40,354 nucleotides of DNA from an uncultured Verrucomicrobiota bacterium (GCA_903854655.1 CAINXC010000307.1:1-40354); one strand, 5' to 3'; shown: positions 1 through 9,264, counted from the first letter of the stretch. The notes: generated from the sequence alone by a model not told the origin. Numbers and translations are program-made.

Positions 1-125
1 ATATGCGCCAGGCCGCACAGCGCAGTTTCGAAGGCTTGCATGAAGCCGTTGTCAACGCATTGGACAGTTTCTCAGCCGCCCAATGTGCGAACTATTTTCG
101 GCATGCCAACTATGCGACAAATTAA
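1..125 (+). mobile_element. IS630-family transposase, C-terminal fragment (CDS partial at the left window edge; stop codon at 123-125)
   Basis: The frame beginning at nt 3 translates to ...RQAAQRSFEGLHEAVVNALDSFSAAQCANYFRHANYATN*. The C-terminal ...ALD.F...ECANYFRHAGY motif is, from memory, characteristic of IS630/Tc1-mariner-type transposases. The inverted repeat and TA target duplication cannot be verified without the other end. Confidence 0.5.
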
Positions 126-232
126 ATAGAAAACGCTCTAGATTCATTTCCTCGCCGTCTCGAGCCCAACTGGCGCAGACCGTTTTTCGCTGCCTGCTGG
201 TGCTCTCTCTAGTCCTCGGACTTTTGGATCTG

Positions 233-454
233 ATGATGGCTCGTTTTGGCCCGCTGCGCGGGACATCGGTCGATCTCTATCTTTACATGGGCATCGACTA
301 TGGCACCCGGAATGGCGTGGCCGCGATGCACCTGTATGCGTTTCTCGGCTTCGCAATCATGTGGTTCGCTTTGCCACGAATACCGTCGCAGTACCCAAAA
401 TTGAGCGTCGTTGCGCTCCTATTGCTCCTCTTCGATGCAGCGATGCCCGGCTAG
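233..454 (+). CDS. small hydrophobic hypothetical protein (short form of ORF 83..454)
   Basis: The in-frame ATG at 233 lies downstream of the transposase stop. The product is hydrophobic (MMARFGPLRG...LLLLLFDAAMPG) and the local GC is lower than in the neighbouring operon. No recognisable domain; could be non-coding. Confidence 0.2.
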   Translation: MMARFGPLRGTSVDLYLYMGIDYGTRNGVAAMHLYAFLGFAIMWFALPRIPSQYPKLSVVALLLLLFDAAMPG

Positions 455-468
455 GTGTCCCCCGGCCC

Positions 469-1713
469 TCACTCATACCGAAGCGCATCAATTGGGTCCA
501 GTTTCGCGGCCTTGCGGGCGGGGTAGAAGCCGAAGAACACGCCGATGGCAAAGCTGACACTGAAGGCGAGAACGATGGAACCGGGAGAGACGATGGCCTG
601 GAAGTCGGCAAACATGCCCACAAGTTTGGACAGCCCAATGCCGGAGAGTACGCCGATGGTGCCGCCCAAGAGGCTGAGGGTGATGGCTTCGATGAGGAAC
701 TGCGTGAGAATGTCGCTGGCCTGCGCGCCGACGGCGACACGGATGCCAATCTCGCGGGTGCGCTCGGTGACACTGACGAGCATGATGTTCATGATGCCAA
801 TGCCGCCGACGAGGAGGGACATGCCTGCGATGGCCCCGAGCATCATGGTGATGATTTCGGAGATGGAGCCCACCGTGTCGGCGATCTCCTTCTGGTTGAG
901 GATGTTGAAATCATTGTCACGCCCTTCGGACAGGCGGTGGCGCTGGCGCAGCAGGTTGGTGATCTGCTGCTGAGCGGAGTCCATGCGGTCGGCGCTGGCG
1001 ACCTGAATGTTGATCATTCGCAGGTACTTGTCGCCGGTGAGACGCTTCATCACCGTGGTGTAAGGAATGATCAGTCGGTCATCCTGGTTCTGGCCGCCCA
1101 TGCCTGCGCCTTTGCTGGCAAGCACACCGATGATGACAAAGGGCATGTTTTGCACACGCACCGTCTGGCCCATGGGATCGAGCGGGCCGAAAAGCTCGCG
1201 CGCGGTCTTGGTGCCAATGATGGCGACTTTGGCGGAGCTGCGCACCTCGCGATCCGTGAACATGGAGCCCTCGGACAGTTTCCAGTCGCGGATTTTGAGA
1301 TAGTCGGGCGACTCACCGGCGACCGTGGTGGACCAGTTGCGCCCATTGGCAATGGCCTGCCCGGTGGTGGTAATCTCCGGGCTGGTGGCGACGATGTCCA
1401 CGATCTCCGTGCTCAGCGCCCTGGCATCGGCCAGGGTGAGGGCGCTGGCGCTGCCCAAGCCCGAATTGACGCCTCCGGAATGGCGGTTGCCCGCAAAGAT
1501 GAGCAGAAGGTTCTGCCCGAGCGCGGCGACCTGGCCTTCAATGCGGGCTTGCGCGCCATTGCCCACCGCAACCATGGCGACGACGGAGGCGACGCCGATG
1601 ATGATGCCCAGCGCGGTCAGGATCGAGCGCAGCTTATTCCGCCGTAGCGAGCGCAGCGCGATCATCGCTGTTAGCAGCGGGCGCAGGAACACTGCTTGAA
1701 GCAGGATCTTCAT
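469..1713 (-). CDS. ABC transporter permease, FtsX/MacB-like (large periplasmic domain between TM1 and TM2)
   Basis: 414 aa. There is an N-terminal TM helix, then a ~220 aa periplasmic domain, then 3 C-terminal TM helices, which is the MacB/LolC/FtsX architecture. The start ATG overlaps the stop of the upstream ATPase as ATGA. Confidence 0.85.
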   Translation of the reverse strand: MKILLQAVFLRPLLTAMIALRSLRRNKLRSILTALGIIIGVASVVAMVAVGNGAQARIEGQVAALGQNLLLIFAGNRHSGGVNSGLGSASALTLADARALSTEIVDIVATSPEITTTGQAIANGRNWSTTVAGESPDYLKIRDWKLSEGSMFTDREVRSSAKVAIIGTKTARELFGPLDPMGQTVRVQNMPFVIIGVLASKGAGMGGQNQDDRLIIPYTTVMKRLTGDKYLRMINIQVASADRMDSAQQQITNLLRQRHRLSEGRDNDFNILNQKEIADTVGSISEIITMMLGAIAGMSLLVGGIGIMNIMLVSVTERTREIGIRVAVGAQASDILTQFLIEAITLSLLGGTIGVLSGIGLSKLVGMFADFQAIVSPGSIVLAFSVSFAIGVFFGFYPARKAAKLDPIDALRYE

Positions 1714-2489
1714 GGCTTGGCGAGATCGGCCTTCTTCTCGGCCTCGTTAAGTGCGGCGCGTTCACTGTCCGCCAGGCGGCGCTCATTGTTGAGCTTGTCG
1801 CTGAGCACTTCGCCATCGCGCATGACGACAATACGTTTGCAGTAGGAGGCGATGTCCAGTTCGTGCGTCACCATGACGATGGTGATGCCGGAGTCGTTGA
1901 GCTCCTGGAAAAAGCCCATGATTTCGATGCTGGTGCGGCTGTCGAGGTTGCCCGTGGGTTCGTCGGCAAGCACCAGTTCCGGCTCATTGACCAGGGCGCG
2001 GGCAATGGCGATGCGCTGCTGCTGGCCGCCGGAAAGCTGGCTGGGATGGTGGCCCAGACGGTCGCCGAGACCGACCTTTTGCAGGGCCACGGTGGCGCGT
2101 GCGCGCTGTTCGCGCAGGCGGATCAGCGGCTTGCTATAAAACAACGGGAGCTCCACGTTTTCCAAAGCCGAGGTGCGGGCCAGCAGGTTGAAGCTCTGGA
2201 ACACGAAGCCGAGCTTGCGGTTGCGCAGGGTGGCAAGCTGCCCGCGGCTGAGTCCGGAGACGTTAACATCATCGAGCAGGTAACTTCCCGAAGTGGGCCG
2301 GTCGAGGCAGCCGAGGATGTTCATGAGCGTCGATTTCCCTGAACCACTGGCACCCATGACCGCCACGAATTCGCCCCGCTGGATGTCGAGCGAGACGCGC
2401 CGCACGGCGTGAACCTCCACCTCGCCCGTGCGATAGACTTTCGCCACATCGCGGAGCTGGATGACGGGCTGCGTGGCGGGCATGTTCAT
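1710..2489 (-). CDS. ABC transporter ATP-binding protein (MacB/LolD type)
   Basis: Walker [13 protein letters not shown] signature [15 protein letters not shown], Walker [13 protein letters not shown]; 259 aa. Confidence 0.9.
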   Translation of the reverse strand: MNMPATQPVIQLRDVAKVYRTGEVEVHAVRRVSLDIQRGEFVAVMGASGSGKSTLMNILGCLDRPTSGSYLLDDVNVSGLSRGQLATLRNRKLGFVFQSFNLLARTSALENVELPLFYSKPLIRLREQRARATVALQKVGLGDRLGHHPSQLSGGQQQRIAIARALVNEPELVLADEPTGNLDSRTSIEIMGFFQELNDSGITIVMVTHELDIASYCKRIVVMRDGEVLSDKLNNERRLADSERAALNEAEKKADLAKP

Positions 2490-3616
2490 CAGTGTGAGGG
2501 CGGGCCGCCGAACATTCCTGACTTCTTCTCGGCAATGGCGCTGATGACGACACGGTCACCATCGGCCACTCCCTCCAGGATTTCTGAATCCACGCCATCA
2601 GTGATGCCCGCCTTGACGACGATGGGTGTCAGTGTGGCGCCGTCGGCACCGAGCCGGAAGGCGAGGCGCTGGCTGCGTTGAAGTTTTGCCGGGACCGGGT
2701 GCTCGAACTTGGAGCCATCCGGCGGTGTAAAGCGCAGTCCTGTGTTAGGCACCTTGGTCACGTTCTTGCGTTCCGACACCAGGATGGAGACGTTCGCAGT
2801 CATGCCGGGGAAGAGCTTTTGTTCGGGATTGTCCACGTCAATGACAGTCTCGTAGGTGACCACATTCTGGGTGGTGGTGGGTGCCTTGCGCACCTGCACC
2901 ACCTTGCCATGGAAGACCTCGTCCGGGAAGGCGTCCACGTAGAAGTCCACGGTTTGTCCGTCCTTGACCTGGCCGATGTCCGCCTCTGAGACGGCGGCGA
3001 TGATGTGCATCTTGGTGATGTCCTGGGCGATGGTGAAGAGCACGGGCGTGGTCATGACGGCGGCCACCGTCTGGCCTGCATCGACTTTGCGTGAGATGAC
3101 GATGCCGTCCACAGGAGCGGTGATTTTGCAGTAGCTGAGATCCACCTTCGTCTTGTCCAGCGCGGCCTGCTTGATGGAGACCGCAGCTTCTGCCTGGGCC
3201 AGCTCGGCGACCGCCTGGTCCAGATCCAGCTCGGTGGCGGCGCGCTGAGGAACCAGGACCTTTTTTCGCTGGAGGTTTTGTCGTTTGAGAGTGGCTTCGG
3301 CCTGGGCGCTGGCCAGATCTCCCTCGGCCTGGCGCATCGCTGCCATGTAGGTGGACGGGTCGATTTCCGCGACCAGCTGCCCTTTCTTCACCGGCGAGTT
3401 GAAGTCGGCGTTCAAGGCGGAGATTTTGCCGGAGACCTGGCTGCCCACATCGACGCTTACCACGGCGCTGAGCAGCCCCGTGGCGGCGACGTATTGGACG
3501 AGGTCACCCCGCGTTACCTTGGTAGTGTCGTATTTGAAGGTCGCCGGGGTGTTCTGCCCGCAGCCGGTGATCAGGCCACCAAGGGCGAGGCAAAGAAGAG
3601 GGAGAGAGCGTTTCAT
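2489..3616 (-). CDS. efflux periplasmic adaptor (membrane fusion protein, HlyD/MacA family), lipoprotein
   Basis: Lipobox signal (…LALGGLITGCGQ). Coiled-coil-rich middle region and beta-barrel/lipoyl-like segments typical of MFP adaptors. The stop overlaps the ATPase start as TGATG. Confidence 0.85.
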   Translation of the reverse strand: MKRSLPLLCLALGGLITGCGQNTPATFKYDTTKVTRGDLVQYVAATGLLSAVVSVDVGSQVSGKISALNADFNSPVKKGQLVAEIDPSTYMAAMRQAEGDLASAQAEATLKRQNLQRKKVLVPQRAATELDLDQAVAELAQAEAAVSIKQAALDKTKVDLSYCKITAPVDGIVISRKVDAGQTVAAVMTTPVLFTIAQDITKMHIIAAVSEADIGQVKDGQTVDFYVDAFPDEVFHGKVVQVRKAPTTTQNVVTYETVIDVDNPEQKLFPGMTANVSILVSERKNVTKVPNTGLRFTPPDGSKFEHPVPAKLQRSQRLAFRLGADGATLTPIVVKAGITDGVDSEILEGVADGDRVVISAIAEKKSGMFGGPPSH

Positions 3617-3640
3617 GGGCCGAAGAAAGAGGGCGGGGTG

Positions 3641-5040
3641 TTACTTCCAGCCGCCGCCGAGCGCTTTGTAGAGGGTAACATGGTTGGACAGGCTTTCGAA
3701 TCGTGTCTCGATGAGCGTGCGCTGGGCGCCGTAGAGATCCTGCTGGGCCGAGAGGACGTTCAGATAGAGGTCCACCCCCTGGCGGAAACGTGCCTCAGCG
3801 AGGGCGTAGCGTCTTTGCTGGGCATTGACCAAGGCTTCCTGCGCCTCGACCTGCCGCACATAAATAGGTCGCGCCACCAGCGAGTCGGCCACTTCGCGAA
3901 AAGCGGTCTGAATCGCCTTTTCATAGTTGGCGACCTCAATGCGGCTTGTGATCTTCGCGACGTCCAGATTTGCCCGGGTGAGTCCACCGGTGAAGATAGG
4001 CACGGAGACCTGCGGCGAAAAGCTCCACGTGCCAGTGTTTTGGCCGAACAGCTTGGACAGCTCCATGCTGGTGCTGCCAGTGGAACCCGTGAGTGATATG
4101 GTAGGGAAGAAGGCGGCCCGCGCGGCACCGATGTTGGCGTTCGCGGCTTTAAGTGAGTGCTCGGCCTGCAGGATGTCAGGGCGGCGCTGCAACAAGTCCG
4201 AGGGCAGCCCGGCAGGGATGCCACTCATCACATTGCCAGCACTGAGGGCGCGCGCGGCGGGCAGTTGCGGAGGAAGCGGCCGCCCCACCAGCAGCACGAG
4301 CTGATTCTCCGCCTGCGCCACCTGGCGTTCATAGGTGAGCACATTCACGCGCGCCGTCAGCACCTGCGCCTCGGCTGTCCGCAAGTCCAGTTCGGTAGTC
4401 GTGCCGGCGTCGAAGGTGCTCTTGTTGAGCCCATACAGTTGTTGCACCGATTTGAGGGTCTGCCGCGCAAGCTGCAACTGCTCGGCCAGCTGGCGCAGCG
4501 TAAAGTATTGAGTGGCCACCTGAGCCACGAGAGAAATTTGGGCGCTGCGCCGGCCTTCCTCAGTGGCGAGGTATTTCTCCAGGGCCTGGGCGTTAAGACT
4601 GCGGACCCGTCCAAAGAAATCCACTTCGTAAGCGGTGCTGCCGATGCTGGCGCTCCACTGGGTGGTCACCGGGCTGCCTTCCCCACTCCTCCCTGCCGGA
4701 TATAGCTGCCGGCCGCTTGGATGGTGGGAAAGAATCCGGCGCGTGCGATGCGATACTGGGCGCGGCTTTGCTCCACATTGAGCATGGCCACGCGCAGATC
4801 GCGATTGTCCTCGAGCGCCAGCTCAATGAGCTTCTTCAGCCGGGCATCGGCAAAGAACTCGCGCCAGGCAATCTCGGACGAGGCCTTGGCACCCGTGGCT
4901 GCCGAACCTCCTGGGTACCGGGCGCCGATCGGTGCTCCCGGACGTTCGTAGTGCGGAATCAGCGTGCAGCCCCCAAGCCCCAGAGACAGGCATAACAAGA
5001 GTGGAACAATCCGCGTCATAGGTGGGAAGGCATTCATCAT
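3641..5040 (-). pseudogene. outer-membrane efflux lipoprotein (TolC/NodT family), interrupted by a frameshift near 4670-4700
   Basis: The N-terminal ORF 4666..5040 (lipobox LGLGGCTL ... FFPTIQAAGSYIRQ) and the C-terminal ORF 3641..4669 (…TTQWSASIGSTAYEVDFFGRVRSL…) together form one NodT/OprM-type protein. They sit in different frames and meet in a G/C homopolymer-rich stretch. This is either a genuine pseudogene or a sequencing indel. Confidence 0.7.
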
Positions 5041-5705
5041 AGGGCGGCAGCGGCCCTCATCCCCGCCGCTGCAAAGGTGATGAAGCGTTGGATGAAACCT
5101 TCAATATCAGGCCGCAGATGTGCGGGGTCGAGCCCTGGTGGTATGGGCATCGATTCGAAGCGCGTCCAACGCTCTAGACCGTGATGCAGCGCGCCAAACA
5201 GAAAGGTCATCCGCCAGAACAGTTCCTCCTTCACCAGCCCGGGCACTGCCCGCAGAATCGCGGCGTCAAAGCGCTTGATGATTTCATCGAACTCCCCCGA
5301 CATGAACGTTTTTAATTCCTCGTTGGACTCCTGGAAGCTGCGGCTGATCAATCGCATGAACTCATCGGTGCGCCGCTTGCCGCTGGTCTCGTCTTCCACC
5401 GTGGGGCGGATCAAGGCCCGCAGGATTTCCTCCAGGGAAGGCACGATCTGCGTGGCCTCCAGCTCATCCAGCCCCGCCAGCCGTTGCTGGTTCAGCGGCC
5501 GCAACCGGCGGGCAAAGACTTCCAGAATTAGCAGGTCCTTGGAGCGGAAGTGGTAATTGACCGCCCCAAGATTCGCCCCGGCGGCCTTGGTGATGTCCCG
5601 CACTGAGGTCGATTCGACGCCTCGCTCAGCGAAAAGCGACTCCGCTGCATCCAGCAGCGCCTCGCGTGTTGTCGAGGAGGGTGAGCCCGCATCTGACCTG
5701 TTCAT
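5037..5705 (-). CDS. TetR/AcrR-family transcriptional regulator (first gene of the efflux operon)
   Basis: The N-terminal HTH (LLDAAESLFAERGVESTSVRDITKAAGANLGAVNYHFRSKD) is typical of TetR. 222 aa. The stop overlaps the tolC-like start as ATGA. Confidence 0.85.
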   Translation of the reverse strand: MNRSDAGSPSSTTREALLDAAESLFAERGVESTSVRDITKAAGANLGAVNYHFRSKDLLILEVFARRLRPLNQQRLAGLDELEATQIVPSLEEILRALIRPTVEDETSGKRRTDEFMRLISRSFQESNEELKTFMSGEFDEIIKRFDAAILRAVPGLVKEELFWRMTFLFGALHHGLERWTRFESMPIPPGLDPAHLRPDIEGFIQRFITFAAAGMRAAAAL

Positions 5706-5731
5706 ACGTTAGTATGATACGAATGTATGAA
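5701..5731 (-). promoter_or_regulatory. candidate TetR operator: two tandem ATAC-N4-GTAT palindromes nested in a 7-bp inverted repeat (TTCATAC...GTATGAA), overlapping the tetR start codon
   Basis: Read directly: TTC ATACGTTAGTAT G ATACGAATGTAT GAA. The tetR ATG is the complement of 5703-5705. Confidence 0.35.
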
Positions 5732-5776
5732 TGGGGCAAGCAGTTTTTCCCTGCTCCCTCCCTGGACCATCCGGCA

Positions 5777-8128
5777 CTAGCCCGATGCTGGGATAGGACT
5801 GACCATTTTCACCTGCGTTGGATCACGCGGCTTTGGTCTTGGGTCGTGCCAGCGATCACGTGGAGGGGGTGCTTTTGCATCCAGCCACTGGCCAAGTCGC
5901 ATACGCAGCGCGGTCAGGGATTGATGTGTTTCAGCTCCAAATTGGGCCTTGCCCGCGTCGGCCTCGCTCTTCTTCACGGTGATGGCACTCAGGCCAGGTT
6001 CGCTCAAGACGGCGGCACCGACGCTTTGGCGCGACTCACCGGAAAGAGCCGAGAAGAGGGTGAGGTACTCGACGAGTTGCTGGCCGGCGCGGAAGGTCTT
6101 TAGGCGCAGGCTTGGGACGGGGCCGTTTTTGGTCGGGTAAAAGAGCGAGAGTTCATCCGCCTTCTGCCAGGAGGCGGGTTTGCCCACGGTCTGCCACGGC
6201 ACCACACCATCCGCGCCGAGCGCCCAGGCCTCGACGCACCAAGCGGCGTTGCTCACGTTCGGCGTGCCAATGGCGTTTGAGCTGCCATACATGTAAACCA
6301 GATTGCCCAAACGCTGCGCGCGCTCGGCGACCCGGTCGCCATAAACGCGCAGCGAGCCGCTGATGACTTCAACGCTGGTGACACCGTCCAGGAGATCGCG
6401 CTGCCACTGTGGGCGCGAGATGTCGGCGCGAAAGGTGAGCCGCGGTCCGGGATGCGAGGCAACCCCTTTCCAGAACTCGATGCCGTAGCGGCGCAGGGCC
6501 CAGAAGTCCTGGGTGTTGGAGGGTTCATCCAGAATCCATGCGGCGGTGCATACCTCCCAGCCAGCCGCCTTGAATGAGACTTTGTTGTTGAGATAAAACT
6601 CGAACATCGGCTCCGACCAGCCTTTGTCGCTGAGGTGCTGCGCAATGCGCGACGCGGCATCGCGGAACTGCGGCCAATAAGCATCATCGTAAGCGGATTC
6701 GATCCAGTAGCCGCCCTTGAAATGCTGGTCATGATTCATCGGCCAGTTCTCGTTGAGCATGAGGTAGAAGCTCTCGATGGGCACGCCGCCACGCGGCAGG
6801 TCCTTGAAGGCCGAGCCATCCAGCAACGGGCCATACTTCGCATCCCAGGCGCTCCAATCCCAGGCGCCATCGCCCTTGATGGCAGGCCCGGCATCAATCC
6901 GGCCGGTCCAATGATAGGGCAGGCAGTTCAGCGTGGTACGATGCTCGTGCGCAAGCCGGTAGTAGTCGAGCTCGCGCCCCGGCAGGCTGTAGCAGTTCAT
7001 CTGCGGGATGAAAGACAGGCGATCCGGCAAGGTGAAGTTCCAAACGGTGAGCGAGCACGGCAGCCTCTGTGATCCCACCACAAGCCAGCCCTCGATTCTG
7101 CCACTGGCTGCTTCTTTGGGGACATGCAGCTCAATGCATGTGGAGGCTCCTTCTGATGCCGGGGCATCTTGGAACCCAACTGGCACAAGCGGATCGGCGT
7201 GGCCTTCGACCAATGGCATCGTGAACATCTTCGTCTTCACGCCGGCCAGCTCCATGGCCGCCGCTCCCGACGCCACCGTAAAGCTTATGGTCTCTCCTTT
7301 CGCCGCGAAGAATTCCAGCGAGGACAACGGTTCGCCAAATTCATCCCGGCATTCGATGGGCAGCGTTTGGGTCTTCGTGGCTGCGACGAGGGGAGGCAGG
7401 GTTGCGGACTTCACGACGGCCTTCGCGAGCGGCCGCGCCGGAGCTGCCTTCGCAGCGCCGTCTTCGAGCCACAACATGAAGTAAGGGCGGGTACTGCGCT
7501 TGCCCTCCTTGCTGGAAACGTAGCGGTTGGGAAAAGGACGATAGACAAAGCGCTTGCCATCGCGGCTGTATTCGCTGCCCACATCGTCCATCACCGCAAA
7601 GCCGAAGCTCTGGCCATCGATGCGCGCTTGCGCGACGGCGGGATCCACGGCGATGGTTTGCCAGCTGCCTGCGTCGCGTGGTGTCGCGTCGGCGAAGCCC
7701 CAAAGCGACCCGCCCGCGCTGTTGATGACGCTGGTGATGTCGGGCTGGTTGTTGCCCCAGCGCTTCTCGCCAGTGCGCGCCCAGGCGAAACTGCTCGCTC
7801 CGGCTGTCTTCTTGTAGCCGGTGCCATCGCCTTCAACCCACTCGTCGGTGATGGTGGAGACGGTCACGCGTCCCAGGGACTCATTGCCTTCGCCGTGCAG
7901 ATGAAGCTCGGCCTTGATCACGCGTTTGCCTTTGAGGCCGGAAGTGTCGATGTCAATCAATGCCAGCTCCTGCACGCCCTTGAGCTTAACCCTGGGCGAC
8001 GCCCCGTTGTTGCCTTCGACCTCGGTCGGATAAGCCGAGACCCAGGTATCGCGCGACACCTCGACACGAAACGGCTCAGAGCCGACGACCACCGAGCTCA
8101 GCAAGAACAGGAACGCGAGCGTCTTCAT
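5777..8128 (-). CDS. secreted large hypothetical protein, DUF4091-like / glycoside-hydrolase-like
   Basis: A signal peptide (MKTLAFLFLLSSVVVG) follows the ATG at 8128. There is a long Trp/Tyr-rich central region (…GAWDWSAWDAKYGPLL…YWPQF…WILDEP…) that resembles DUF4091-type putative glycosidase domains, from memory. The functional assignment is weak. Confidence 0.5.
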   Translation of the reverse strand: MKTLAFLFLLSSVVVGSEPFRVEVSRDTWVSAYPTEVEGNNGASPRVKLKGVQELALIDIDTSGLKGKRVIKAELHLHGEGNESLGRVTVSTITDEWVEGDGTGYKKTAGASSFAWARTGEKRWGNNQPDITSVINSAGGSLWGFADATPRDAGSWQTIAVDPAVAQARIDGQSFGFAVMDDVGSEYSRDGKRFVYRPFPNRYVSSKEGKRSTRPYFMLWLEDGAAKAAPARPLAKAVVKSATLPPLVAATKTQTLPIECRDEFGEPLSSLEFFAAKGETISFTVASGAAAMELAGVKTKMFTMPLVEGHADPLVPVGFQDAPASEGASTCIELHVPKEAASGRIEGWLVVGSQRLPCSLTVWNFTLPDRLSFIPQMNCYSLPGRELDYYRLAHEHRTTLNCLPYHWTGRIDAGPAIKGDGAWDWSAWDAKYGPLLDGSAFKDLPRGGVPIESFYLMLNENWPMNHDQHFKGGYWIESAYDDAYWPQFRDAASRIAQHLSDKGWSEPMFEFYLNNKVSFKAAGWEVCTAAWILDEPSNTQDFWALRRYGIEFWKGVASHPGPRLTFRADISRPQWQRDLLDGVTSVEVISGSLRVYGDRVAERAQRLGNLVYMYGSSNAIGTPNVSNAAWCVEAWALGADGVVPWQTVGKPASWQKADELSLFYPTKNGPVPSLRLKTFRAGQQLVEYLTLFSALSGESRQSVGAAVLSEPGLSAITVKKSEADAGKAQFGAETHQSLTALRMRLGQWLDAKAPPPRDRWHDPRPKPRDPTQVKMVSPIPASG

Positions 8129-8168
8129 CCAAGTGAGAGGACTGAGGACAAAAGAACACATCACCACG

Positions 8169-9233
8169 CTACTCCAGCATCGCCTGCAGCAGCGGCAGCA
8201 TTTCGAAGTAGAGGGTGGTGCCGCCGAGGCGGCCCATCTGCTCAGCGATCAGATCGCCATCGTCGCTGAGATCCGCCGGCTGCACATCGTCGCGCTGATG
8301 ATGTTTGTGTTCCATTTTGGCGTGCACGAAGCAGGATTTTGGATCGCGGCGGATCGAAATGGACACGCCGGGACCGCTGAGCTCAAGCGCCTGCAACGGG
8401 CACTTGCCGTTGTGGGCCTCCGTGACTGACACCTCGATGGCGGTGCCGCCATCGCGCTCGAAGCGCAGCCCCTCACCAGCGGCGAGACGGCATTTCAGCT
8501 GGGTGCCAATCCACGCCGCCAGCATGAGCGCGCTCATGCGGTGCCCCGCCCCATGGGTCACAGCCAGATGGTTTAGCTTCGGCAATTCTGCCCGTACCAT
8601 GGCATGATGACAGGAGCTGGCGAGCGCCATCCGCATGAAGTGCGATCGCATCCAGCTCAGATCGCTCAAGTCAAAGCGCGAGGTGCGGTTGTTCCGTGCC
8701 GCCAGCACGCCACGCAGCGAGCAGGCCGGGTCAGCCCACTGGCTGCTGTCGATGATCAAGGCGTCGATCACACTGTAGAAGCGCTCATCGAGCCGCTTCG
8801 TCAGCTCCCCCTGCCACCAGACCGTCAGTGGAAGATCGGAATCCAGGTGGGCGAAGACAAAGTTGCGAATCGAATCCGCCGTGCCGCCTTCCATCACCAG
8901 TGAAATCTGCTCGCAGCAAACCGAGCGCTTGCCGTCATAGAGCTGGCAGTGGGCGGTGACCCAGGCGCGTGCGGAGGGTTTCGAAGCGTTCGGGGCATTG
9001 ACAATGAGCAGCGAACGGCAGGAGTGCTGCATCGTGATCTCCCCGAGCAGCTGGGTATTGCGCTCCAGGGAGCCCGCGTCCTCGCTGTAAATCGCCACAT
9101 TCATCAGGGAGGCGCGGGTCTTGCTTGTGTCGTCATCGGCCCAAAGTTCGCGCAGGGCCTGATCCACCCGGTTCAAGGGCACTTCCTGGCCGAGGACGGT
9201 GGTATCTAAAACAGGTTCGTTGGTGGCTGTCAT
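8169..9233 (-). CDS. OpcA-like protein (glucose-6-phosphate dehydrogenase assembly protein family)
   Basis: The N-terminus (…LNRVDQALRELWADDD…RASLMNVAIYSEDAG…HSCRSLLIV) aligns by eye with the OpcA N-terminal motif (L.ELRE…R.L.LVI…HPCRVIVL). The C-terminus has LELSGPGVSISIRR. Start chosen at the ATG at 9233; the longer ORF extension overlaps the divergent gene. Confidence 0.5.
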   Translation of the reverse strand: MTATNEPVLDTTVLGQEVPLNRVDQALRELWADDDTSKTRASLMNVAIYSEDAGSLERNTQLLGEITMQHSCRSLLIVNAPNASKPSARAWVTAHCQLYDGKRSVCCEQISLVMEGGTADSIRNFVFAHLDSDLPLTVWWQGELTKRLDERFYSVIDALIIDSSQWADPACSLRGVLAARNNRTSRFDLSDLSWMRSHFMRMALASSCHHAMVRAELPKLNHLAVTHGAGHRMSALMLAAWIGTQLKCRLAAGEGLRFERDGGTAIEVSVTEAHNGKCPLQALELSGPGVSISIRRDPKSCFVHAKMEHKHHQRDDVQPADLSDDGDLIAEQMGRLGGTTLYFEMLPLLQAMLE

Positions 9234-9264
9234 GCGTACACTGTAGCGGAAAAGCCCTGACCGC

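Noticed and set aside
83-232. Long form (from 83) of the small hydrophobic ORF
   Set aside because: It overlaps the 3' end of the IS630 transposase frame. Only the distal 233..454 portion is independent, and even that is weakly supported.
361-1647. 428-aa plus-strand ORF antisense to the ABC permease gene
   Set aside because: It lies opposite a permease with clear FtsX/MacB architecture. High GC content produces long stop-free antisense frames. Low-complexity Gly/Ala/Asp-rich translation with no motifs.
3641-5040. Annotating the tolC-like region as two separate genes (124 aa and 342 aa)
   Set aside because: The two pieces are the N- and C-terminal parts of one NodT/TolC family protein in adjacent frames. 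A single frameshifted gene is more parsimonious.
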